From assembly GCF_964204645.1 (NCBI RefSeq), contig NC_134031.1:5828001-5892000 (forward strand): DNA of 64,000 bases. Direction: 5' to 3'. The translations under genes were made by a program, and so were the position numbers. This document shows, in pieces, positions 13,096 to 26,700 of this stretch. This stretch comes from Tubulanus polymorphus (lineage: Eukaryota; Animalia; Nemertea). Position 1 is the first letter of the stretch, and the number at the start of each line of letters is the position of its first letter. The notes beneath the pieces were generated by a model that saw only the letters and a list, made by a program, of their open reading frames with translations, did no database searches and had not been told where the DNA came from.

Positions 13096-14479
13096 AACAT
13101 TGCCCTCATATCCTACGGAAAAACTAGATATTTTCATCCTCAAGTTAAACATAAAACATCAAAGCATTTTTCCTTCAAAGCGGGATATTTGTCCGTGCGT
13201 GTTCCGCTTGATTCTAAGCACTTATCACCCATGTTCTCAGAACCTAAAACTCTATAGTAACGGACGGAAATCTGAGTACGAATTCAAAAAGGTTTTTTTA
13301 TAATGTTTAATATCGGTATTTTATTGTATCTCTTACTTTTTTTTCACTCGCATTTTCTGTATACATGTATCCGTAGCGAGCGCTGCCAGGTCTCTATTTG
13401 ATATGCGATAGTAGGTTTTTGCACCGCCGGTACTTTGTAATCTAAACAATCGGAAAACGTCATGGCATACAATACTGCGTGCAGTCATTTTTTTTTTACT
13501 GGAGACTCGACTCTATTTCACTGCAAATCGCTGAATTTTGTTTTTGTGATTTTCATTTTATACGTAAATATATAAACAGGACCCGGTTTTACTTGGACGG
13601 ATTGTTTTCCAGTTTAGAAAGTTGAAATATTGAGTACACGGAGAAGGGCATAGCACATTTTACGTTTAATTTTCGTTTACGGTTGCTCTTACTTTTGTTG
13701 CTTCGAATTTTGATGAATACTGAACAAAGCTCCTAGCATAGATATATATAAAACGTAAGCGTATGTATATTTCTTATGTGCATGATTTCACGGCTAAATT
13801 TCGAAATGTTTTCTGTTTCATAAATCCTGCGAAGCGAATTTTCAAGTTGCATTTACGTTTGAAGCCTTATGACAATACGGCGATAAAGTTGTGAATCAGC
13901 GTTTTACGATGCGATGTTCAGGCCGACTTGAAAATGAACACTTAGATACAATGCTTCTGTTGAAGAACTTACCTTTCAGTAATATATATATATATACAAT
14001 TTCTGTACTGATACGCTACTGAGTAGAATGTATTCCTGATACTGTTGTTATGTTATTCATTCCTGGCGAATTTTCTTGTTGTTCCTCGGCTTTTATTTCC
14101 AATATTTCCTGCATATGTCTGCGATAATCGCTTTATCTGCCGTGAAGATTACGCAGTCCACGAGTCTGCGTCGCTTCCAACGAATGACGGAGTGTTCCAG
14201 TTTTGCCGTAGCCGCCAGCAGCCGCCAAAACAATGTACCGTGATGTCACCAACGACATAATGACGTCACCGCGAACATTACAGCGACTTCTATCGTGTTT
14301 TCGAGCAACTATAACTGGCGCTCACTGGTACAACAGCGCGATGATAAGTACTAACTGGCAGTGTAATTCATCAAATACAGGTTTCCTTTTACATAACAGA
14401 GGTTCGTTTTCGAAAAGAAACATATCTCAAAATAACTAGAATTCTCTTGCTAATCAACTCGCGTTTCGGAATATCATTT

Positions 14480-15100
14480 TCATTATCCACTCTTCAGTAA
14501 TTTCGCGCTTGGATTACGCAATCTCTTCACTTGTTGTATCTAAAAGTTCTCTGATAAATCGTCTTCAGTTTATTCAGAATAATGCGACAAGATCGATCAC
14601 AAAAACTAGGAAATCCGAAACATATTACTCCTGTTCTGACAAACCTCAATGGGCTACCGATTGCTGTTAACGCTGTATTCGAAGTTCTTTTGTACAAAAA
14701 CGTCTTAATAACGCTGCTATAAAGATTACGTCTAGTCCCTTCTTAATGTTTACACGGTGTATTCGCTCTAGTCAATCAAAGCAACTAGTCAAGCCAACAT
14801 CAAACCGCAATTTTGGTGAAACGGCCTATTCGATTGCTGGATTGTTCAAGTATTTGCAATGCAATTCCTGATTAAGTAAAATCTAGTCTTACACTCGAAC
14901 CTTTAAATAAAATCTTATAATATATTTTTTCAAACTTCCCGTGATCTTATAATGGATTGAGCTTTTTTTAAAACTATTCCTATATTTTTGTGTTATTGTC
15001 TTAATTATATTGTACACATTGTAAAAGTGCAGCGATATTCTATACAACAGCGCTATTAAAAAAAGAAAATATTATCATGATCGTTATTATTATTTGTATT
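14480..15100 (+). mobile_element. L2/CR1-group LINE 3' fragment
   Basis: Translates (with frameshifts) IIHSSVISRLDYA...LINRLQFIQNNATRSITKTRKSE/HITPVLTNLNGLPI, matching the L2 post-RT motif SRLDYCN...LQ.VQN.AAR....HITPVL..LHWLP; followed by an (ATT)n-type tail. Confidence 0.85.
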
Positions 15101-15225
15101 GACTATCGTTATAATTGTGATTATTGATTATCATTGTGATTATTGTTTATCATTATTGTTTCTGATTACCATTATTGATTATCATTATTGATTATCATTT
15201 ATCGTTATCGTTATCATATTGATTT
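15068..15225. repeat. Degenerate (ATT/ATC)n microsatellite
   Basis: Run of attatc/attgat/ttatt units. Confidence 0.75.
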
Positions 15226-16470
15226 TACAGTCCGTTACACAAAATGTCTCAACAGACTTTACAGGTTACATACATTAAACATTATTTCACTCAGACAATT
15301 TTAAAAGAACTGTTTGCGAATTACGATCGATGTAATTGTGTAATAGTACAACAGTCGATATGGCTGGGGGGGCATATACGAGGTTCCTGGTATCTTTTCC
15401 ATCTTTTCATTCAATCGAAAACTATATTTGCGGCAAGATTCGAAAGACATCAAACATTCGACATCACATATTACATATTAAACATACAACAATCGCTGCC
15501 AGGGAATGAGTTTGCGTTTCTGCAATATACGTTTTCTTTTTATTATTATTCCGAACGCCATTTATTAAAACATATGTTAGAGTTGATATCCAACACCGCG
15601 GGGGTTCGTGTCTTAATCGATTGTGCACCGATCAAATCTACGTATTCACAGGCGGTGCAGACGATAAGGTGTGGTTTCGAAAACCTTTTTAGCTGTTAGC
15701 TAATACAGAACCAAGAAACTTATTTCGCATTGAGAAAAACCCTAAACGATGTCACAATTGAATTCGAAAACGAAACGTTTGCTTCATAGTCTGAGTGTAA
15801 TGAGTAACGCCTGTACGTGCGTAAATTCGAATTAAGAAGATTAATATTCTTTCTCTCTTGTCGGGATTCGGACCTAGGGACGTTGGTGCATTCACGTGGC
15901 GTCACAGCGTCATACAGAACGTGACGCGTGACGTCTGCGTGACTCACGTGATATCTGCTTCACCCGGGCAGAAGAGTCAGTGCTCACCCGCTAATAAGCG
16001 AGAGAGGTAGACATACAAAAATACCCGAAGACTTTGCAGTGTGCGCGAGAGGAGATTGAGACCGAATTTCATTTTGTAATTGTTGTGCAGCTCTAAATGG
16101 GAAAATCTGCTAGATGAACTCTTCAAAGATATCAACAGAATACCCCCCCCCCCCCCCCCACATTAGAAGCCTCAACAAGATCAACAAGAAAGACCAATTC
16201 AAACTACTCTTTTCATCCCATTTATTAGCCAAAAATGTTCGCAAATTTGTAGATCAAAGGTTTAAGGCCTTGAATACCTCATTCCCCTATCCACCTTCTC
16301 TGTGTAGATATTAAATATGGCAACAATTGCATTAATTCAAATTTTCTCTTTCATTATCATTCTACGTACAAATTTTATACACTATTCTTTTTCATTTACA
16401 AATTCTGTATCATCCACAATCTGTAAGATTATCAAGTCCAAAAACGCTTTCAACTTTCATAAAAGACGCC

Positions 16471-16576
16471 GTATTCCTGAAGATGGATATCAACGTCGAA
16501 TAGACCACTAGCTCAAGGAAACATTTTCGGACTTGATATCATTTTTCGTTACTTAATTGTGAGATTCTCTTTATAT
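16471..16576 (+). mobile_element. Single arm of the hammerhead-motif palindromic repeat family
   Basis: gtattc-CTGAAGA-tg...aacgtcgaata...ctagctcaaggaaacattttcggactt aligns to 34271-34381; GAAA half is degraded. Confidence 0.7.
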
Positions 16577-18426
16577 AATCGTCACAACATGGATTGTGTC
16601 GTATTAATGGTGATGATGTATATTATATAAGGTTTACTTACCAGCGTTCACTACAGTCGCCATTAAAATACAAATCTGTACGATAAACTTGACGTTAGTT
16701 GAAATTAAGCTACAAATACTATCGGGCATTTTTTCTGCCGGGCGCTCCCTAGGCTCGCTTCCTCATTTCGACACGACTTTTGCACCTGGTTATTCCATCA
16801 ATATTTCGAGTTATTCATAGCTCTGAAAATAATACAATAAAGGCATTTAGTATCATCATTTAGCTTTGTGTCCTCGGGTGACATTTGTTTGATTTTAGCT
16901 TTGCTTGATTCTAGGTGGTACCTAGAAATCTAAATCGAGCTTTTAAACTGATTGAAACGTTTTTCGAAAGTGAATTCACTGGAACGTTTTTCGGCGTAAA
17001 CCTTTCATAATGGTTCGATCGCCCTCTGAAGGGTTGTCGAACAAAAAAATGGTTTCAACTTTCACAAAAGCACGTCGAACATCGGTTGGTGCACACAAAT
17101 AATGCTTTCGATTTTTCCCTATTCTCTTAATTTCAGCAAATAAAGAGCTAAATCATACGTCTATTATTTGATAACCGCGGTGTATCTCGGGCATCGTTGG
17201 CACTATTCATTTATAAATGAATGAGAAATGCAACATTTTTTTGTCGAGATTCATTTGTTGTAGAGTGTTGTTTCGGCAGAAGCTCTACGCTACTAGGCAC
17301 TTATTTCATTAGCTTTTTCGTATAACAAAACCGCATCAGCGGCGACTGGAAACAAAACAATTAATGTTCCATCGTTTCATCTGTCATCGAATTGATATTT
17401 CACTCGTGCAGCATATCGGTGTCGTATTGACACCGTAGCGAAATGTTGGTCGTAAAACCCCCGGTACACGTGTGAATCTAACGTAAAACGTTGCGCAAAT
17501 AGCAGCGTAATTCGAAATGTGTTAAAGGGTTCCTTTTCATAGTTTCAGTCCTGCACCAATGTGGCCATTATTTATATGCAAAATCATTTATTTTTCGTAC
17601 TGGTTAGTGAATAAGCCGAGCTAAATTTGGCCCGAACAAAAACTTCGGACCAGGCCCGAGCCAAATTTTAGCACAAATATTGCGTGTGAATCGCGACTGG
17701 TTCTGAAAAAAATACTCACTTTGAACGCGCTCTCCACTACGCACTGGCCAAATTAGACACGGGCCAAATCGTGCGATCGCAGATTATGATAGCTGACAGC
17801 GATTTATAATTATTCGGTAATTTTACCAACAAACGACCTTATCCAGTTGTCATTTTTAAGTTCAGTTGGAATAACCGAATATGGTCGAAATCTGAATATC
17901 ATCAATAACCCGGATGATAAATGTATGTGAATGAGACAGCTCTAGTAGGGCTATGGGACAGCGGGCGAAAGCTCAGCGCGAGAGTTATGCAATGTGCATA
18001 GCATATATATCAAGTTCTCTTGTGGAAAAAGGCGCAATGGAAGAAATTAAAAGATGCTGATCCGATGAACATATTAGCTGACTTCGCTTGTTAGATTACT
18101 GGTTTGTTAACTTCGTCGGTGGTTTGTCATATTATTTCTCGATAGATTCTCATCGTAGTCCATCGAAGTATGCCCGAAAAAGGCTGTGCAACATGTCCCA
18201 TTTCATCCAGGTTTTCGGTGACTGGTTTTCTTGTTCTGATTGTATAAGTCACGAAGGACACGGTCGACATAGACTTAGCAAAAGTTCGGAAAGAGAATGC
18301 TGTAACCCAAGATAGCCAAAGCCGTTTGACTTACACTTCAATTTTTGGCAACACTTACTTTCTGTTGCTAGTAGGCTCTTCGAAACCATCGTTGCCAACC
18401 TAGCAATTTTGGTACCTCACTACCAA

Positions 18427-18439
18427 CGCCCCCTGGTGG
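18427..18439 (-). promoter_or_regulatory. CTCF consensus motif
   Basis: Minus strand reads CCACCAGGGGGCG, a perfect match to the CTCF core; motif only. Confidence 0.45.
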
Positions 18440-19789
18440 TGTAGTGGAAATTTGGTCTTTTTACTAACGTATTGCTATGGAACTGGCTCCTATACATTAT
18501 ATGAAATTAATTCCGATATTTCAGGCCGAACACGCATTCGAAATCTTACATCGATGAAGGGTGTGTAGGCAGTGAGTGTAGGAGTGTAGGTATTAGGTAT
18601 AGTGTACAAGCAACTAGACCGTTATTACATGCTAGAAGGGTAAGTTAAATAGTAATTGTTACAATGTCAATGATAGACGGAGACGACTCCAGTTCCAACT
18701 AGTCGGTTGCGACTCTCAATTTTAATCTAATCCACAACGTGTAGTATAGAAACTTGATCTAGTATAGACCAAACCGGTTGGCAACTTTTTCTCCCGCTTC
18801 AATCTTTTCTCTGAAAACATCCATACGATAAGACGACAACGTATCCTATATATACTTGGTGAGGTTTCAGTTATATTGAAGAAAAACCCACAATATGACG
18901 AGAAACCTTTAAGGAGGTCTTAGTTTTTCTTCATATTTCAACTTTTTCTCAAATACTAGAATGTCATTTGTCTGCGCAAATCAAAATTGAAAAACAATAA
19001 CATAGCCGCAAACCTAAGAATGAGAATCGTAGGAAGTGGAAAGCTAACGTGTCACACGTAGCAGGGACAATGGGTATTTGAACAGGGGTCAGTCTAAGCC
19101 CATGGTCGTTCTATACGCAATCTACCAGTCTCGGGATGACAGTGCGACTGGGCCTTTGGTCGACTTCTGAGCTGAGACGAAGTAGAAATGGTATACCATT
19201 AAACCGATATCAAACTGATAAGCTCAGATATCTATCCGATGACTCGTTTGATAATTTTCGGATTCGGAAGCCTAAAAATCAAGTTCAGATTTCATTCAAA
19301 ATGAACTGATTTTCACTATCGTCTAAAGAAATATGCTGGGCAACTGACAACCTAACCAAGATAACGAAGACAGAACAGTAGAAGCGAAATCCCGCAATCA
19401 AAAACAAGATCAACGATTCAGGCAGAACTGAACTTCAGATCAGAATATAAATCAACGAAATATTTGAGGCGCCACCGTGCTCTACCTCACGTCGTTGACC
19501 TAATTTCTACAAAAAACCGAATCCTTTCGACGATTGTGTATTCCACCGCCGCGATCGGCAACTGTTACAGACGACCAAAATGTATGGCGCAGGTAATGAA
19601 ATAGAATATTCGCCGCACATATCACAGATACCACCAGACGGCTAAAATAAAAATAAACTGTGAACGGAATAGATAAGACACCGTGGATGATAATGTTTAC
19701 TTACTTTTCAGGCAGTGGGTTTGTTCGTGAAAACCTATTCCAGCCATTATTCGCAATTGATAAAACACTATATTTGTGTTGTTACGATT

Positions 19790-20071
19790 ATATAGAGAGG
19801 ATCGAACAATAATGAAAAGCTAAGTCCGAAAATGTTTCCTCGAGCTAGTGTAGTTCGACGTTTCGGCTGTAGTCATATTCAGGAATACCGGGTCACAGCA
19901 GATATTATGAAAAGACCCAGAACGATGTTATTAATCAAGGTTATCAAAGTGATACAAACTAAGGTTAGAAGACATTGTACTGTTAGAATACAGTCGAAAC
20001 GTCGAATAAACTACTATTTCTAGAAAACATTTTCAGACTTTGTCTTTCGTTACCATTGTGGGATTCTATAT
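19790..20071. mobile_element. Palindromic repeat with hammerhead remnants in both arms
   Basis: Inverted arms aagtccgaaaatgtttcct/aaacattttcagactt; minus strand of left arm reads gtattc-CTGAATA-tgactacagcc-GAAA-cgtc-gaacta; right arm keeps cagtc-GAAA-cgtc-gaata. Confidence 0.75.
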
Positions 20072-23000
20072 TCCGTGCATCCTTTTTAGCTTTGTGTAAT
20101 AATTGAGCGAAACAGGGGTCATTTAGCGAGCAAAATAATTACTCCGTTGAACAAATGAACCCGAGCAAACTGTTGTCTTTAAGCTTTTAGCTGTGCGGTT
20201 TGTTTGCAATATCTGACGATGTTGTTTGCTGTTTACAGCACTACGGGGTATCGTTAGCGAACGCAACATATTTGTCTTCGAGAACGGCCGAGAAAAACGA
20301 AATAAAAACCAACACAAAACAAATACCAGTACTTACGGCCATCCGGATCAATCGTATGATTAGCTGAATCCTAAAGTTCGACTTGAATCATCGAAAGAAT
20401 CAGCTAAAATCTGACAATGAGCATTTCGATCTTGTTGTTAACCGTGGGAAAAAACAGAATTTTGAATGCTTGAAAATCTACCCGGTGTATACTCGAGTTA
20501 GTTTTTGGTCCGTTACTTTTGTGCCCGGTATTTATCAAATCCCGTGTGTGACGTCGATAACGATCAGTCTACCAGTCACGCGTGACGTCATCATCTCAGT
20601 TGTGACGTCACTACGTATCGTCCGCGCAGCCGAGGAGAATGAAGATGAATATTCAAATATCATCACGCACAACGCTTATTCGAAACCATTACACGATATT
20701 TATCGATCGGAATCGTGTCTGCCTGATCTCGCTGGAGATGAAAGAGTCTCTTTTCCGTGCCTCGCATTCGGGTACAGATTTTCCACGTGGCTACGAAAAC
20801 AGTTATCGTTTCAGTGGTCGTTCAGTCATGCGAAAATGACGCGTTCATAAATGAAAAAACAAACAACGCAGTCACGTTCTAGCATTAGGTAGCAGTGTCA
20901 AGAACGCGCCGTCGGGGCTTTTTGTGAAACACTCCTTGAGCGACGATACAGAAGCATGAGTGCGGTTTTACGCGCCGTCGTTCTACGAACTGCGAATGCC
21001 GCGGATTAAGCGCATTGCCGGGTGTCAAAGACAGACGATAAGATTTATAATTTCCACCCCAGCCGCCAACCATGATTCAAATCCTCAGAGAGCATCACCG
21101 CTTTAAGACGTCGTTAGGGTTTGGCGACGTCATTTCCATATCCGATTTTCTATAGGTTGGCTCGTGGACTATAAAACGATTTTCTTTTTATGGAGTCCAT
21201 ACACGCTTTAGGTCAGTAGTTAACTTCATTTGACAAAACATTGAGGTTAAACCTTTAATACCTAAACGACCAACTGCCATGGTTTGATTAGAGGCGCTAG
21301 CGATTCTCAAGCGATGGTTCAGCGTTTTGAAGTAAGATTTCTTGAGTCAATTTAGCCTACGAGCAACTCAATCTCAACTTGAGATGATTGCTCGTTACGG
21401 AAACCTAAATTGGAGCTTTAAACATGCGCTGATTAAAGCTATTACCTATGTTTTACCGGGAAGTATAGTAGGTACACCCTTCTTTGAGATATATAGCCAG
21501 TGAGAGGAAGTCATTTCATTTGTTTTAGCAAATACGTTTTTCGATCATGTCTTATTTGAATGATGAAAATGACTGCAAATCTCTTTTAGAAAGGACAAAT
21601 CCATACATTTCTAAATACATCTCAGACTCTGATAGTGTAACTTGGATTCCTCCTGTCTGTGGGCATGGGTGCCAGAGGAAAACTTTTATTATCATTGTAG
21701 ATGCTGCTAATAACATTAGTCAACCTATCTACATATTGATATAGAGCAGACGAGATGCGGCATTCGTAATGATTGTCATTGGAAAGCTGTTTAAAAGGCC
21801 AACACTGGAACACAATACGCCCGGTAAATGTACAGCAATATCGATATAACATAACATATATCCGAATGATATATCTGAATGCAATGCGTGAGGAGGTATT
21901 TGATAAATGTATTAACTAATTTTCCCGCAAGAACTGGTGGAAATTTCCAATATTTCATAGGAAGCAAAATTACGCATTCAATTTGCGGTTTTGTGTTTTA
22001 TAGACCGAATACTCCAAGGATTCGTGGTATTTCCATTGGCAATCTGAATCTAATTTGAACTTTTGTCTCTTCCTTATTCGGTACCGACCAGTTTAGTTTG
22101 TTTAAACCGATTGTTTTATATTATTTTTCCCCAGATAAAATCCTTGGTAAATTGTCGGAATCTTAAACACAGCATTTCGACCAACGAAGAACTTAAGAAT
22201 GTCTCTGCGTAAGTCTACGATGAAAAATGGCTGTTCAAAATGAGTGAAGAAACGTTTCCTGATTCAAGTCGTTCATAATCTGGCGCTCAAATTTGAATAA
22301 GTCACCATGGCATGACTGACGACTGATGGTAGATAAATGATATTCGAAAATTGTCGCCATGATTCAAGCGCATTGTTAACTGTAGTTTTGATCGATCGTT
22401 GCCGTCTGAATAAGATACACAGTTGTGACATTTTTGATGATAGATCAGACGCTCGAAGAAGTCATCCCAGGGAACAGCACACACAATCAAATGCGTCAAA
22501 TTCAGCGATGATTTATCGCCTGGCTGGCGCGCGGTCTCGACAAACCGTACAGTCTCTGAAACCGCCAGAAAACATAAAACCTATCACCCGGTTTTAATTG
22601 AGATGGCGTTAAATCTGTGTAAATCATTAAGGCCTACGTACAGTAGTGATTAGAATCGACTCCCTCTTTCTCTCTCTCTCGCTCTGTTCGACGTTAATTG
22701 GAATTCGGCGTAAATCTGATTTTTTCTACGACTAGCTATAGCCGCGCTCGAATTCATGTTCTGATAATCAAAAGAAGTTTGCCCTACTTATTTCATTGAT
22801 GGTTAAACCGCGCACAATGAATTAATAAAACGAAAATTACTTAATGCATTGAACTTATCAATGAAAAGACCAGCTTTTTAGTATTTTTTTCAAATGAATG
22901 TATCGTTGGGTTGAGTTGCGGGTTGCATAACGTTATAGTTTTGCCTAAAGTTGCCATAAGAATTGACTAAATTAACTAAAGAAATCGGATGACTGCAAAG

Positions 23001-26000
23001 CCCGGCGCGTTGGAAGCAATTTTTGATTCCAGCGGCCAAAAATATAAATCATATCATATCATATCATAAAAACCGATTTTGGACAGGTTCTAAATATTGC
23101 CGCGGTGAATTTACTGAATTTCTTCAAAAACGTGCTATTCAAAGAAGAAAAACGTCATTCAGTAAATCATTGCAGCGGCAACGCCACTGAAGCCAAATTC
23201 ATGCGCAACAGTCGTCGACACGGGTCCAGTATCCGGGTATTAGTGATGGTGACCTGAGCTAAACCCTACAAGCTGACACCACCGACAGCACGCTTCAGAG
23301 GATTTCATGAAACATCACACAATCCGGTTCGTAACAACATGTTATGTCCGATCCCATTAGCTCAATAAAAGTAGTATCAAAACTCAGTCCAGGCATTCAT
23401 ATTCAGTTGTTTTTTAGTCGTTTACACGTATGCATCTTATCAAGTCCGTTTTTCTTGTTCCCGCGAACTCGGACCACTAAGAAACACCCATGAAAACAGC
23501 AAAGAATCTTCCACCGGTTTGACTAGTTTTTCTTACATCGTTTTTCGCTACGAATCACATCAGCTATTATCGAAGCAACAATACAAAACTTAAACTCAAC
23601 AAACGGCTTGATTTAGTTTCATACGTCACAAATAGAAAATGAATAGTTTAAACATATAGAATAAATACAATATCATAGACAAATGGTTTCAGATTGATTG
23701 TATTGACTTAGTTACGCAGACCCTGAGTCAAGGGACCGTTTTTCGCAAACGTACCTACAAAGGGGACAGGGAGAAAGATATCAAATGTGAGTAAATGGTA
23801 TGATGATAACTGTTATATATATTGGTAAGGAAAATCCTTTTCTTTTGTTTTATGCATTCTAAAACAAATACAGAATCGAGTGATGATACATTTATGAAAT
23901 CCAAATTCACGATAATGTAGTCCTTGTTTAGAATTAGAATGATTGGAAACTAGTTTATCTGTCGTCTATGGTTGAAAGTCAACGGTCTATAACGAGCACC
24001 TGTTTCACAAACCAAAAAGAGAAACCACACATGCAGTGAAAAAATCATATCAGTATAACAAAAACATTAAAATGCAGTTAGAAAATAAGACTAAAAGCAG
24101 AAATATGCGAAATATTAGGTTCATATAAAAAGAACTGCTCTGAAATTGTTTCATATACATTCTACCCTACTGAATATGTATATTCCGTATTTCGTGAAAT
24201 TTTACGTCAGCATTCGCCAAAGTTATATTTCACCATCTATCCCTTAACTCGTGCTCGATGCTTCTATCCAAACCGGGATAAACATTAAAAACAAGTAACA
24301 TCGAAATAAATTGTCTACTGTACGTATTCAAAACACCAATAGATGTCTTAATCGACTTACCCGAGGAACTAAATCAGATATTTTGATGGCATTCTATCCG
24401 ATTGAGACACGCTGATGGAATGTTAACCTGTGTCACGCGGCGGCGGTTAGTGTAAAATGCGACGCATCAGAACATTCTGCTGCAACGAATCAACACATTA
24501 TGCTAACGGTACACTAACGTGCAAACTATATACATGCCGCGTGTATTTAACCCGTTTCGCTAATTTGTATAATTTTCTATATATGTTATATACGAAATTA
24601 TAGCATAATTGATTCGTACTATTATTGGCGATCCCATTTCCACGTGTTTACCCAGACCTGAAAAAAACTTGCTCTGATGTATCAAGTGCACGCGCTCCAG
24701 CAACGGGAATATTCAATATACTTAAACACATGTGAAAAATGTGAATTTTTCGTCATATTTCTCTTTTCATACGCATGTTTTGGAAGGAATTTAGTCTTAC
24801 CGATCTTTATGCGTATCGTTTACAATTCTGTACGCCATGTGTCCTTTAGTAATGTTTCATTTTCCGTTTTTTTTCTCGATACTGTACAATGCCCTCACAG
24901 CTGATTTCAGGATATATTTTGTTTGTGTATTGTTTTCAATTCTTTAAATAGAGTACAGACGCTTTAAAAATACTAGTTTCATTCGATAGGTCTAGGAGTA
25001 TTTGGAATATGGACTTATACTGTTATTAGATCAGCATAGACTTGCCATATAAAGGAAGCTTTCGGTCGCATCTTACTTTCCGATATTGACATATTTCTAA
25101 AATCAAAGCGTCCATCGACAGGAGTGGCTTTATACGAGCATTTTGTCACGTATACATACATCTCACGTGTTCTGTACTGGGGCAGTGCTGCTCACTCCTT
25201 CTTCATTACCGAGAGTAAAAATAAGTGATTTTTCGCCCGAGGTTCCGATAATGCTCGATCGTTCGTTGAACAACTGTTATTAGCCGTAAATTGCCCGTTG
25301 GAAACACGATGTAGCTGACAGTTTTTTTCCAACATCTCTGGTGATGAACATTTTTTTTCAAATTTTACGTAAAGCACTACTCCTACGTCCCGGTGACGTG
25401 ATCAGCTTTCACATAGACACTCGATATAGCGGTTATTTCATCAAAAAGTTATCGGGCTGGTGAATCTCGGACGCAGAAGGCACCGTGAAATATTTAGAAT
25501 TTCGCTGCGCAAGGAGTGCTGTGACAAAATTCACAAGAGGCAGAGAGTAACCCGTTGGATTACGCGTATGCACTTTTAGTCGTCGTTTCTTTGATCCGGA
25601 AGCTTTTGGCTTTTAACCATGTGGATTTCTGAAAATATCGACTCGGATAAATACCGAGTACGACACACGACGTTCTATTCCTTTCATCTAAAGCAAAAAG
25701 ATCGACTGGAGACGTAAATATTTTTGAATGTGGAACATTTTTCCAAGCCGAGCGCGCGGAAGATGACTAAGATTCTCAATGTAGGTGGATGAGATGCAGA
25801 GAAACGTTTGCAAATATCATCTTCGTTTAGAAACATGTATATTCTCTTCCGCTGGCATGCTTAGGTTATGAAAAAAAGTTATGATATAACGAATCTTTAA
25901 AAGGTTTATTTGTTACGGAAGCGGTAAGGGGTCTCCAGTTCGTCGCGCATACATAACTTGGAGTCTGCTTCTTAAGATATGATTTCCATCAAAATTCTAA

Positions 26001-26388
26001 TTAACAGTCACAAATTTGGTTCCGTCGCTAATCAGTAGGCTGCTAATTCATAACAGCAGTAGGCTAAATACGTTACCTAGCGACACTTGAATATTTAGAA
26101 TACAAATGTATGCGGCTAGTTGTGATAGGATATTCGTATTTTGACTTCTTACAACTTGTTAATGAAATAATACGTTGATATTGTGGTAATGTTATATATG
26201 ACAAATGTAACCAACAACTTTAACGATTCAGTAAAATCGTGGATTTTTCCTAAACCTTAAGACATTGACCCGATATTTGGATCCAGATTCCAGGGGGAAA
26301 TTATTACAATCGCACTTAACTAAGAAGGACACTCTCACTATCGATTCTAAAATCATCATACAAATCATCGTAATCTACCGGGCAATAT

Positions 26389-26700
26389 CAGGGGCGGATC
26401 CATGGGCAGATTTCGACAGGGGCACAGAGAAAAGGGCATATATACTAAAAAGGGGCAAGTTAAGTATCCACGCAGCCAAAAAACAAGGGTCTGGAAAAAT
26501 TTGAAATATCAGTGTATTTTCATGCAAGTTTTATCTTGAGGAATAAAGAGAATATAAGCCATAAATTCTACACTGCGGACTGCTAAATTTCATTTCATTT
26601 ATTGTTTACAAAGAAAATCTGTCTTATTGGTTGCGAGTGGAGAAAGTGGCCTGATAAACACTGCCATTGTATTTTCAAAAGGGCACGGGAAAATTGCGAT
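26389..26700. mobile_element. Truncated MITE, CAGGGGCGGATCC family (inverted relative to 35031-35344)
   Basis: caggggcggatcc terminus; aaaagggcatatatact and gggcacgggaaaattg match the reverse complement of the 35031 copy. Confidence 0.7.

Noticed and set aside
15244-15699. 151-aa ORF
   Set aside because: No recognisable motif or exon partners; lies beside LINE and microsatellite debris.
20383-20850. 155-aa ORF
   Set aside because: Non-ATG start, no domain, overlaps a palindromic motif cluster.
21450-22130. Protein-like minus-strand stretch (possible pseudogene)
   Set aside because: Stops in all frames and no family recognised; needs tBLASTx.
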